Source: an uncultured Lachnospiraceae bacterium (lineage in GTDB: Bacteria > Bacillota > Clostridia > Lachnospirales > Lachnospiraceae). Taken from it: a stretch of DNA of 64,000 nt. Under the pieces are notes generated by a model. That model did no database searches. It was not told where the DNA came from and saw only the letters and a program-made list of their open reading frames with translations. Position 1 is the first letter of the stretch. Each line of letters begins with the position of its first letter. Shown one piece after another: positions 8,882 to 17,833 of the stretch. The stretch spans positions 3,643 through 67,642 of the forward strand of contig CAJUJK010000019.1 in assembly GCA_910586705.1 (NCBI GenBank), written 5' to 3'. The translations under genes and the position numbers were made by a program.

Positions 8882-9368
8882 AGGCGATCTCTCATATGAG
8901 GGAATAGGAAAAATAATTGATGGGTTAAAGAAGTACCGAGACGGTCTGGATGATAAATGCAACCAGATAGTCGAGGAACTTATGAATATGGGTGTGGAGT
9001 ATGCGAAATCCATTTGCCCGGTTGATACCGGGGAGGCGAGGGAATCCATATATGGATTTGTGGATGGGGCAGACCATACGGCTACGATTATTGCCGGAGG
9101 TCATTGCATCTATATCGAGTTTGGTACTGGCGTTGTAGGCGCAGATAAATCCCACCCTAGTCCCGAATGGATTGCCTTTATGAAATGGGCGTATGGTTCT
9201 GGCGGAACAATATTCACGACAAAAGATGGCAGGACTGGATGGTATTACCCGGCAGACGATGGAACATGGAGATTTACGGAGGGTATGCCGTCACGTCCAT
9301 TCATGTATCAGACATTGCAGTATTTGAGGCGGCAGAAGCTAAAGGTTACGAAAGGGGCGTTTAAGTAA
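8862..9368 (+). CDS. HK97 gp10-like neck/tail completion protein
   Basis: PVDTG, YIEFGTG and GMPSRPFM motifs. Confidence 0.85.
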   Translation: MATKRIKGDLSYEGIGKIIDGLKKYRDGLDDKCNQIVEELMNMGVEYAKSICPVDTGEARESIYGFVDGADHTATIIAGGHCIYIEFGTGVVGADKSHPSPEWIAFMKWAYGSGGTIFTTKDGRTGWYYPADDGTWRFTEGMPSRPFMYQTLQYLRRQKLKVTKGAFK

Positions 9369-9739
9369 TGGCGGTAAAGGATAGGTTTAATCATTATCTC
9401 ACGCAATTACAGAAAGGACTGCAGGAAGTCTATTCAAAAATCAAAGGCGGCTCAACGTACAAAGCAACACCGCCATCATATCCGTATTTCTACATGAAGC
9501 AGATTGACGGATCATCGGCACTTGAAACGCTGTCCGGCACTGAGGAAGGAATCAATATGGGTTTGGAAATTCATTTTTATTCCAAAACCTCTCAGTCAGA
9601 TGTACGGTCTATCGCTCTGAAAGCAAAAGAAATCATGCGGAAGAATGGTTTTCGATGCACCTATTTTCAGGGTGTAGACAATATCGGAGATACATCGGTG
9701 TATCGTTGGATAGCGAGATTTGAGCAGTTGGAAGTATAA
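9368..9739 (+). CDS. Tail terminator protein
   Basis: Gene order, size, PPSYPY motif. Confidence 0.7.
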   Translation: MAVKDRFNHYLTQLQKGLQEVYSKIKGGSTYKATPPSYPYFYMKQIDGSSALETLSGTEEGINMGLEIHFYSKTSQSDVRSIALKAKEIMRKNGFRCTYFQGVDNIGDTSVYRWIARFEQLEV

Positions 9740-9748
9740 CGGTTAAAC

Positions 9749-9838
9749 TCACGGGCTAGGGTAGCTCCCGAAAAGTGCAAGCCTGGCATCTGCCCGTGAT
9801 TTTAATACATAGGCATGACAACCTCTTAGGCAAGGGTA
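9749..9838 (+). ncRNA. Putative structured cis-regulatory RNA (three-way junction plus two loop-complementary sites) before the major tail gene
   Basis: P1 TCACGGGC/GCCCGTGA, P2 GGG/CCC, P3 GTGC/GCAT; loop GCCTG; TAGGC at 9810 and 9827. Confidence 0.65.
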
Positions 9839-9859
9839 ATCTGATAGGAGGTAAATATC

Positions 9860-10279
9860 ATGGCAAAATGCACCAATAAGACTTTCCTTATGATTAAGAG
9901 AGCGGGGGCAACTGATTTTGAAAAGCTGATTGACATTACTCAGTACCCGGATCTCGGCGGCGCAAAGGAAAAAATTGACGTAACAACCTTGTCCGACACC
10001 AAGAAGAGGACCATCAATGGTATCGAAGATGTAAACGATTTGGAGTTTTCTGCGTGGTACGAGAAAGCAGACTACGAAAAGCTGCTTGACGTTGAGAAAG
10101 CCAACAAAATCGACACATATCAGTTGTGGTTCGGCGAGGACGGCGAGGACGGTATCTTTGAATGGGGCGGCAAGATGGCTGTATATCCTGCATCCGGCGG
10201 CGTAAATGCCGCAAGGGAGATGTCATTCTCCATTACGGACGAGGGCGAAGAGGCTATGCACTATGTACCGTCAGCATAA
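9860..10279 (+). CDS. Major tail (tube) protein
   Basis: YPDLGG...IDVTTLSD motif; gene order. Confidence 0.85.
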   Translation: MAKCTNKTFLMIKRAGATDFEKLIDITQYPDLGGAKEKIDVTTLSDTKKRTINGIEDVNDLEFSAWYEKADYEKLLDVEKANKIDTYQLWFGEDGEDGIFEWGGKMAVYPASGGVNAAREMSFSITDEGEEAMHYVPSA

Positions 10280-10291
10280 GGAGGGCGCGAT

Positions 10292-11071
10292 ATGAAATAT
10301 TTAGAGTTTGAAGTAAAAAGCATGACGCTCGGAAGAAAGGGCGGGGATAAAACCGCCCCGATCAGCGGATCGGTAAATTATTTCGGTGTGTCGGTTGACT
10401 TTGATGAGGATTTTGCGTCTATACCGGGCGGAAAGTCCGTGGAGTTCTTTAAGAATAAGGCAACTACGCGGCGCGACCTTATTGACGGCAAGTGCGGCAT
10501 ACCAAACGAACTTCTGAAAGATAAGGATGCTTTCGAGATGAGGATTGTGAGCGGCTGCACGGTTGCTACGCCGTGGGTAAAGATTGTCGTAACCGAATCC
10601 GGATCTATCACGCCGGAAGAGCCGGAAGAGCAGCCGGAAGAGGGGATGGAGTATGTCAAAACCCAGAGTGGGGATAATGCGGTTCCGTTCCTGAGAGCAG
10701 CTACAAACGGATTGGAGTTTTCCAAGAACGGCGAGGATTGGGAGGGCGGACTGAGCGGCGTCCCAGAAGTCCCCAAGAAACCAAACGGAGCAAAGTACCT
10801 GAGAGTACACGGCGATTGGATTCCCTATGAAGAGCCTGAAATCCCGGAAGTTCCTGATTTGACAGAGTTGCAGGGAAGTGTTGAATCAAACTCAACGGCA
10901 GTAGAAAAGCATGAGCAGGCGATTGAAGAACTCAAAAAGATTGAGGGATTGACCGGCGTAGCATCTACGCTGACTGAACTTGCAGACGACGAAACGGACC
11001 CTGTGGCAATAGCGGCAAAAGTCAACGAAATCATTTCTCTCTTGAAAACAAGGGGAATAGCAACGACCTGA
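10292..11071 (+). CDS. Putative trimeric fibre/decoration protein
   Basis: Foldon-like segment VPEVPKKPNGAKYLRVHGDW, short coiled coil, head-fibre-like C-terminus. Confidence 0.55.
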   Translation: MKYLEFEVKSMTLGRKGGDKTAPISGSVNYFGVSVDFDEDFASIPGGKSVEFFKNKATTRRDLIDGKCGIPNELLKDKDAFEMRIVSGCTVATPWVKIVVTESGSITPEEPEEQPEEGMEYVKTQSGDNAVPFLRAATNGLEFSKNGEDWEGGLSGVPEVPKKPNGAKYLRVHGDWIPYEEPEIPEVPDLTELQGSVESNSTAVEKHEQAIEELKKIEGLTGVASTLTELADDETDPVAIAAKVNEIISLLKTRGIATT

Positions 11072-11151
11072 TAACAAACGGGGGATAGGTTCTGCCTACC
11101 CCCCCCACCAAACAAAAAAGGACAGATAAACGGAAAGGACTGTTTATTACT

Positions 11152-11499
11152 ATGAAAATCAATGGAGTTGAGTACGATACAAAGGATTTGGATTTTACGA
11201 ATATCCTCTGCGATTTGGAGGACATCGGTGTTGACATCATGGCGATGGACACCAAAGATATGAAGCCTTTTAATCTGTGCCGGGCAATCGTTTCCGTGTA
11301 TACAGGCGAAAAGGATTTGAGGAAATGTGGAAAATTACTGTCTGAGCATTTGAAGAACGGAGGATCACTGGATGAAATCCTTGATCCGTTCACGGAGGCA
11401 ATGGAAGAAGCGGGTTTTGGGAAAACGGCGGAAGAGGAATCGAAACCCTCTCCGCAGGACCACAAGCCTCCAAAGAAAGCGAAGGAAAAGACAGAGTAA
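11152..11499 (+). CDS. Tail assembly chaperone (gpG-like)
   Basis: MKINGVEY start, position before the tape measure, slippery G GGT TTT at 11412-11418. Confidence 0.8.
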   Translation: MKINGVEYDTKDLDFTNILCDLEDIGVDIMAMDTKDMKPFNLCRAIVSVYTGEKDLRKCGKLLSEHLKNGGSLDEILDPFTEAMEEAGFGKTAEEESKPSPQDHKPPKKAKEKTE

Positions 11500-11915
11500 A
11501 TAAATCTGATTACAAGACATACCGGGAGTTCGTAGAGAAGATGCTGCTCCCAAACGCAATGAATTGTGGGTGTGGGTATGAGTTGTTTTGGCGGCTCAAC
11601 CCTCGCAAACTTCGGGTTTTCTTTGAAGCGAAGAGACAGAAGATTAAGGAAGATGCTCAACTGTACGATTCCTTTGCGTGGCTGTTAGGAACTTATGTAA
11701 GGGATGCGTTCTTATCATCCATCAGCAGAAATTCTTCCTACCCACGATCCCCAAGAGGGTTGAACCAAGATGATGATTTCTACGACCAGAACCGAGATAC
11801 AGACGATGAAAGCAGAAGTCCGAACAGTAGTATGTCGGACGGTCAGAGATTTGCTTTGTTCATGGTAAAACACAATAAAGCTCTGGAAGCAAAAAGGGCA
11901 AAGCAAAATCAATAA
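11412..11915 (+). CDS. Tail assembly chaperone extension (gpT-like), probably reached by -1 frameshift
   Basis: The -1 frame is open from 11385 to 11915; FWRLNPRKL...AWLLGTYV motif. Confidence 0.75.
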   Translation, partial: GFWENGGRGIETLSAGPQASKESEGKDRVNKSDYKTYREFVEKMLLPNAMNCGCGYELFWRLNPRKLRVFFEAKRQKIKEDAQLYDSFAWLLGTYVRDAFLSSISRNSSYPRSPRGLNQDDDFYDQNRDTDDESRSPNSSMSDGQRFALFMVKHNKALEAKRAKQNQ

Positions 11916-11921
11916 CGCTTG

Positions 11922-12015
11922 AAGTATGGGGGATAGGTTGACGAACCGAAGATGTTAGTCCGGCATCATTCCCCCATATTTTCATATACGGACACACGCC
12001 CCCACGGACAGGGTT
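11922..12015 (+). ncRNA. Putative structured cis-regulatory RNA (second three-way junction) before the tape-measure gene
   Basis: P1 AAGTATGGGGGA/TCCCCCATATTT, P2 GGTT/AACC, P3 GATGT/GCATC; loop GTCCG; CGGAC at 11989 and 12005. Confidence 0.65.
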
Positions 12016-12031
12016 ATGTGAGGTGGCGGCT

Positions 12032-15000
12032 ATGGCAGATACAGCTCTTGATGATGTACGCATAGAGATAGATGCCTCTGCTGACAAAGCGAAGGAATCT
12101 ATAAACAAGTTAATAGGGAACCTCGAAGCGTTGCAGGAAGCCACCGGGAATATTCATACCGAAAGGTTGACGGCTCTTTGCCATGCAATCAGAGGTTTGT
12201 CTGAAAATATGAAAGAACTGCCGAAAGCATCCGATTTCAACCGGCTTGCCAAAGGCATTGAAAAAATAAATAGCATAAATACTGACGGAATTTCCGCAGT
12301 AACACACGCAATGAACGATCTTGCTGAGAGCGTTTCTGCTCTTAATGCAAGTGGCATTTCTGATGTCAGATTTAATGTAAGTTCCGATGGTGTTACGGCT
12401 GCGAACGCTACAGCACAGGCAGAGCAACAGCTTGTGCAGGTAAATGATGAAGTGCGTCAGTCTATGGAGAATGTTTCTGACGCAGCAGCGGAGGAATCCA
12501 ATGCAGAAGAAAACCTTTCCGGCTCTACTCAGACTTTGATACATCGTTTGAGAAATCTTTTAACAGGAACGGAAAGTCTCAGAGAAAGGCTGAGTTCTAT
12601 TGGCGCAAGTGCAGGAAACGCGGCAAGGGGAGGATTTTCCGGTCTTTCACAGGCGGCGCACGGAGTTTCTTCTATATTTAGAAGAGTCGGGGCAACGGCC
12701 GGCTCTGTTGGAAAGCGAATCAATTCTCTTTTTGGGAGGATAAAGAAGCTGTCCGGCGGCACGTCATTGGCTGTCAAGTTAATGGATAAGTTCAGAAACA
12801 GCATGAATAAGGTATCAGCCGCCGCCGGTCCGCTTACAAAGAAGCTCGGCAAGGTAAACAGGCTTTTGGTATTCATGCTGCTTCGTAAGGCAATAACAGC
12901 TTTGTTGGATAGCCTCGGAACGGCGTTTGAACATCTTGCTCAAAAAAGCGATGACTTTAACAAGAAAATTTCAGAACTGATTTCAACAGCAAGCTACTTC
13001 TCACATCAGGTAGCGGCTATGGCGAAACCGCTCGTTGATCTTTTTGGGCCGGCTCTTGTCTATATTATAAATCTTCTTTCTAAAGCGATAAGTTACATAA
13101 ATCAGTTCCTTAGTGCGCTCACAGGAAAGAAATTTTTTACACAGGCAAAAAAAACAGCCGTTGATTATGCGGATAGTCTCGGCGGAGTTGCAAAGAAGAT
13201 ACAGGAAGTAAAGGACGCTACTGTTGGGATTGACGAGCTGAATATCATCAGTCCGAAAGATGACGATGGCGGCGGCTCTGGCGGCGGTGGAGCGGGCGAT
13301 CTGGAAGATTGCTACGAGGAATTGGCGATCAACCAGAAAATCCTCGAACTCGTGGAAAAACTGAAAAATCTTCTTGCGGAATTATTTGAGCCTATGAAAA
13401 AGGCTTGGGAGGATTACGGTCAGGGCGTAATAGATGCTTTCAAATACGCGCTTAGTTCTGTGTGGCAGTTAATGAAGGATATGGCTAAGACGTGGAAAGA
13501 AGTCTGGCTGAACGGCAGCGGCTACGAACTGTGCAAAAATATACTATTGCTTCTCACGGAAATCCTGTTGTGGATAGGGGATATTGCTGTAGCGTGGGAT
13601 AACGCATGGAAAAATAAGGGATATGCCTATGTGCAGTCCATATTTGATATGCTCAATTCTATTCTTTCTCTGATTATAACTATCAGTCAGTCTTTTAGGG
13701 CGGCATGGAATAGCGGATCAGGGCAGGAAGCGATTGAACATATATATCAGATACTTACAAATTTACACAATGTAGTAACAAACCTTGCCACGAGATTTGA
13801 AGAAGCGTGGAAAAAAGCGGAAACCGGAAACGCAATCGCCCAAGCATTATTCGACATACTGAACTCTGTCTTGGGAACGATAGACCGCATTACAGGGAGC
13901 ATAGCGGAGTGGGCGGCAAACCTTAATTTTAGTCCTCTGCTTATCTCAATCAAAAATCTATTGGAAGCCATTAAACCGATTGTAGATGACATTGGAAATG
14001 CGTTTGAATGGCTGTTTACGGATATTATTGAACCTAGCCTTAAATGGGCCATAGAGCAAGGATTACCGGCGGCATTACAGGCTTTGGCAGATGCTCTTGA
14101 AGGAATCCACAATGCCGTAAGCAAAATGGACCCTGAGACATTAAAGGCAATCGGCAAAGCTCTTATTGCAATCGCCGGATGCTTAAAGGCTATTGAGGTT
14201 ATCACTAAGATAGCGAGTGCTTTTGCAAGCCTTAAATCCGTATTGGCAGGATCAAAGATAGTTGGTCTTATCGGAGGTATTGTCGAAGCGTTTCAGTTGG
14301 CTATTGGCGGCGCAGGAACGCTAGGGGAGGCTTTTGCGGCTGTGTTCGGACCTATCGGTGCGGTAATAAGCAGCATCGTTTCGATAGTCGGCGGTGCGGT
14401 ACTGGCAATTACGAATTTTATCTCCATGCTCCAGAACGGATTCAGTTGGAACAAGGAAATTCTTATGATTGCCGGAATAGCGATAGCGGCTGTCGGTGCC
14501 GTTATCGCCGGTGTAGCGGCTGCTCCGGCGGCAATCGTAGCGGCTGTGGTAGCTGCACTTGCAACTCTGGTTGTTGTTGTGAAAGAACACTGGCAGCAAA
14601 TATGTGATTTCTTTACCATTACGATACCAGAATGGTGGACCGGCAAAGTTATCCCATTCTTTCAGGGCATACCGGAATGGTTTGCCGGAATATGGGGCAA
14701 GGTCAAAGATTTTGCTGTGGAAAAATGGAACGCTCTACTCGATTATTTACGGGGTATTCCTCAGAAAATATCCGATTTTGTAACAAAAGTTGGGAATTGG
14801 TTTGCACAGTTGCCCGGAAAAATCGGCTATGCACTTGGCTATGCTCTCGGAAAAGTCGTTCAGTGGGGAGTTGATCTCTGGAATTATCTGAGCGAAAAAA
14901 TTCCAGAAATCGTAAACAACGTCAAGACGTGGTTTATGGAATTGCCGGGGAAAATTTACACAGCCATCTCCGGCGCAATTTCAAAAGTTGCAAAGTGGGC

Positions 15001-17437
15001 TTCGGACGTAGCTGCGAAATTCAAAGAAAAAGTAAGCGAAATCGTATCGAAAGTCAAAGAGTGGTTTTCGGAATTACCTCAGAAAATTTACGATGCGATT
15101 ATCAAAGTAAAAGAGAAAATTACCACATGGGTAAGCGATGTTAAGGCTTTCTGCGCAGAGAAGATACCGGCAATTATAGACAGTATCGTTGAATTTTTCA
15201 AGTCTATACCCGGAAAGCTGAAAGAACTCGGAAAAGATATTATACAAGGCCTGATTGACGGAATTAAAAATGCTTGGGAGAGCCTGAAAACCGGTGTTTC
15301 GGATTTCTGCAGCAATTTCGTTCAGGGATTCAAAGATGCGCTCGGAATCCATTCTCCGAGTACCGTGTTCAAAGAGATTGGCGGATTTTCTGCGGATGGA
15401 CTTGTAGAGGGAATAAAAGACAAATTCTCTACCGTACAGCAGACGGTTGGCGAATGGGCCTCAAACGTTCTTAAATGGTTCACTGAGGACGGCGGCGTAA
15501 ATGAAACAAAGTTCTCTTCCTTTGCGAGCAACATTATAAGTGGATTCCGGGAGAGGGTAGGCAATACATATACGACCGTAAAGGACAACATAACAACGTG
15601 GGCGGGGAAAGTGCGTTCATGGTTCACAGAAGATGGTGGGGTAAATTCTACGAAGTTTACCACATTCGCCACAAATATTATTGATGGATTTAGGACGAGA
15701 GTTGGCAACTATTATTCCACAACAAAGGACAATATCAGCACATGGGCCTCTAAGGTAAGATCGTGGTTCACTGAGGACGGCGGCGTAAACAGCAAGAAGT
15801 TTACCACTTTTGCAACGAATATTATTGACGGTTTCAAGTCAAGAATTGGAAATTATTATACAACCGCCCGTGACAACATAGTTACATGGGGTTCTAAGTG
15901 TGTTTCTTGGTTTGAAGAGAAGTCTGGGAAAAGCAGTTGGGAAACTGTTGCTACAAACGTAGTGGATGGCTTCAAAAACAAGTTAGGTTCCATATATACA
16001 ACCTGCAAAGACACAATCCAATCATGGGGCAGCAGCATCATCTCTTGGTTTAAGGAGAAATTGGATATAAATTCTCCATCAAAAGTATTTGAACAGTTGG
16101 CCGGCTTCACGGTTGAGGGATTTGCAAACGGAATTTCAGGCGCAGACGAATCTACCGTGAGAACCCCGATAACCACGTTTGCCGAGAATATTATTTCGTG
16201 GTTCACAAACGCAGGAGGCATAAACAAGACTTCGTGGGAAACTTTTGCCGGAGATATAATCGGCGGATTTAGCACGAAAATTAGCAACGCCTACACTACC
16301 GTTAAAGACAGTGTTACAACGTGGGCCACGGCGGTCCGCACATGGTATACCGATAGCGGCAACGGATCAGTAAATGCCACAACATTCAGTACCTACGCCG
16401 CAAACGTCATAGATGCTTTTAAGAATAAGGTTGGAAACTATTATTCTTCCGTCCGGGATAGCGTAATCTCATGGGCGAACAGTGTCAGGACGTGGTACAC
16501 AACCGATGGCGGCGTGAATGATGTTACATGGACCACATACGCCGGAAACATAGTGGACGGCTTCAAGACGAAGATAGGGAACTACTACAGCACTGTAAGC
16601 ACAAACATTCTGGCTTGGGCGAACAATGTAAAAACATGGTTCTCAGGAAGCGGAAACGGAGCAGTAAACAGCTCCACATGGAGTACCTATGCGCAGAACG
16701 TAGTGGATGGGTTTAAGTCAAAGATAGGAAGCTACTATTCGACATCAAGCACAAACATCACAGCATGGGCGAGTGCTACAAAAACGTGGTTTACCAACAT
16801 CTCCGGTAGCAGCGCATGGCATAACATAGCTTCTGAGGTTGTGAATGGATTCAAGAATGGAATCGGTGCGTTATATAGTACCTGTAAAAATACGATTCAG
16901 TCGTGGGGTTCTGACATTATAAGTTGGTTTAAGGAAAAACTTGGCATCAAGTCTCCGTCACGGGTATTTGCGCAGTTGGCAGAGTTCACGGTGCAAGGGT
17001 TTAACCGTGGAATCGACAGGGAAGGGAACACTACCACTAATTCTATCCAGTCATGGATAGGGAAGCTGACGGATATACAGGTTGACCTTTCCGCAAAGTT
17101 CAATGTAAGTGAGGAACTTAGCAAATATAAAGCAAAACTGGACGGCGGCATTACCCAAAACACGATTTTAAGAACCGTTCAGGAATCCATAAACACTACC
17201 GGCAATATACGCGCGACATTGGAAAGCGGCGGAGGTATCAAGGAGGCGTTCATGGAAGCAATCAGCGAGGGTATGGGAGGATTCCTCGAAAACATTGAGA
17301 AGAATACGAAAATACAGGCTGATAAGAGAGAGCAGACGATTGTAAATGTCGGAAATAGAGAGGTTGCACGTTCCGTAGATGAGCAAAAAAGCGCAGACGG
17401 CTTCTCTTTCATAAAGACATCATTATCCCCAGCGTAA
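12032..17437 (+). CDS. Tape measure protein
   Basis: ~1800 aa, Ala/Gly-rich, Trp/Phe periodic repeats, LGIHSPS motifs, hydrophobic middle. Confidence 0.95.
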   Translation: MADTALDDVRIEIDASADKAKESINKLIGNLEALQEATGNIHTERLTALCHAIRGLSENMKELPKASDFNRLAKGIEKINSINTDGISAVTHAMNDLAESVSALNASGISDVRFNVSSDGVTAANATAQAEQQLVQVNDEVRQSMENVSDAAAEESNAEENLSGSTQTLIHRLRNLLTGTESLRERLSSIGASAGNAARGGFSGLSQAAHGVSSIFRRVGATAGSVGKRINSLFGRIKKLSGGTSLAVKLMDKFRNSMNKVSAAAGPLTKKLGKVNRLLVFMLLRKAITALLDSLGTAFEHLAQKSDDFNKKISELISTASYFSHQVAAMAKPLVDLFGPALVYIINLLSKAISYINQFLSALTGKKFFTQAKKTAVDYADSLGGVAKKIQEVKDATVGIDELNIISPKDDDGGGSGGGGAGDLEDCYEELAINQKILELVEKLKNLLAELFEPMKKAWEDYGQGVIDAFKYALSSVWQLMKDMAKTWKEVWLNGSGYELCKNILLLLTEILLWIGDIAVAWDNAWKNKGYAYVQSIFDMLNSILSLIITISQSFRAAWNSGSGQEAIEHIYQILTNLHNVVTNLATRFEEAWKKAETGNAIAQALFDILNSVLGTIDRITGSIAEWAANLNFSPLLISIKNLLEAIKPIVDDIGNAFEWLFTDIIEPSLKWAIEQGLPAALQALADALEGIHNAVSKMDPETLKAIGKALIAIAGCLKAIEVITKIASAFASLKSVLAGSKIVGLIGGIVEAFQLAIGGAGTLGEAFAAVFGPIGAVISSIVSIVGGAVLAITNFISMLQNGFSWNKEILMIAGIAIAAVGAVIAGVAAAPAAIVAAVVAALATLVVVVKEHWQQICDFFTITIPEWWTGKVIPFFQGIPEWFAGIWGKVKDFAVEKWNALLDYLRGIPQKISDFVTKVGNWFAQLPGKIGYALGYALGKVVQWGVDLWNYLSEKIPEIVNNVKTWFMELPGKIYTAISGAISKVAKWASDVAAKFKEKVSEIVSKVKEWFSELPQKIYDAIIKVKEKITTWVSDVKAFCAEKIPAIIDSIVEFFKSIPGKLKELGKDIIQGLIDGIKNAWESLKTGVSDFCSNFVQGFKDALGIHSPSTVFKEIGGFSADGLVEGIKDKFSTVQQTVGEWASNVLKWFTEDGGVNETKFSSFASNIISGFRERVGNTYTTVKDNITTWAGKVRSWFTEDGGVNSTKFTTFATNIIDGFRTRVGNYYSTTKDNISTWASKVRSWFTEDGGVNSKKFTTFATNIIDGFKSRIGNYYTTARDNIVTWGSKCVSWFEEKSGKSSWETVATNVVDGFKNKLGSIYTTCKDTIQSWGSSIISWFKEKLDINSPSKVFEQLAGFTVEGFANGISGADESTVRTPITTFAENIISWFTNAGGINKTSWETFAGDIIGGFSTKISNAYTTVKDSVTTWATAVRTWYTDSGNGSVNATTFSTYAANVIDAFKNKVGNYYSSVRDSVISWANSVRTWYTTDGGVNDVTWTTYAGNIVDGFKTKIGNYYSTVSTNILAWANNVKTWFSGSGNGAVNSSTWSTYAQNVVDGFKSKIGSYYSTSSTNITAWASATKTWFTNISGSSAWHNIASEVVNGFKNGIGALYSTCKNTIQSWGSDIISWFKEKLGIKSPSRVFAQLAEFTVQGFNRGIDREGNTTTNSIQSWIGKLTDIQVDLSAKFNVSEELSKYKAKLDGGITQNTILRTVQESINTTGNIRATLESGGGIKEAFMEAISEGMGGFLENIEKNTKIQADKREQTIVNVGNREVARSVDEQKSADGFSFIKTSLSPA
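15476..15907 (+). repeat. 144-bp (48-aa) tandem repeats in the tape measure gene
   Basis: WFTEDGGVN units start at 15476, 15620 and 15764; more degenerate copies follow. Confidence 0.85.
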
Positions 17438-17452
17438 AGGAGGGCGATAGGA

Positions 17453-17827
17453 ATGGCATTTATTACAGTAAACGGTTACGATTTCCCATCGCCCAGGCGT
17501 GGGGCGAAACCAACGGTATCAACAATTGTAAATGCTGGAAGAAATGCAAACGCAACGGTAGTAGGGCAGAAGATAGGAAGAGATCAGTACAAATTGGATG
17601 GTTTGGAATGGCCGTGGCTTCCGGCTGAGATTTGGAGCCGGATGCTAACGGTTTTGGATAACTTCTTTGTATATGTGACATTTTGGGATCCAGTATCGGA
17701 CAGTCAAAAGACGATTAAGATGTACCCCGGAGATAGAACCGGGGAGCCGTACTGGATTGATCCAGATACTGGGAAACCAACATTTTATCTGAATTGCAAA
17801 GTAAACCTTGTTGATTGTGGAGAGTGA
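17453..17827 (+). CDS. Distal tail (Dit-like) protein
   Basis: Immediately after the tape measure; AGRNANATVVG, MYPGDR motifs. Confidence 0.7.
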   Translation: MAFITVNGYDFPSPRRGAKPTVSTIVNAGRNANATVVGQKIGRDQYKLDGLEWPWLPAEIWSRMLTVLDNFFVYVTFWDPVSDSQKTIKMYPGDRTGEPYWIDPDTGKPTFYLNCKVNLVDCGE

Positions 17828-17833
17828 TTATAT

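Noticed and set aside
9749..9799. Hammerhead ribozyme
   Set aside because: It is a three-way junction with GAAA, but the CUGANGA core is absent in both copies.
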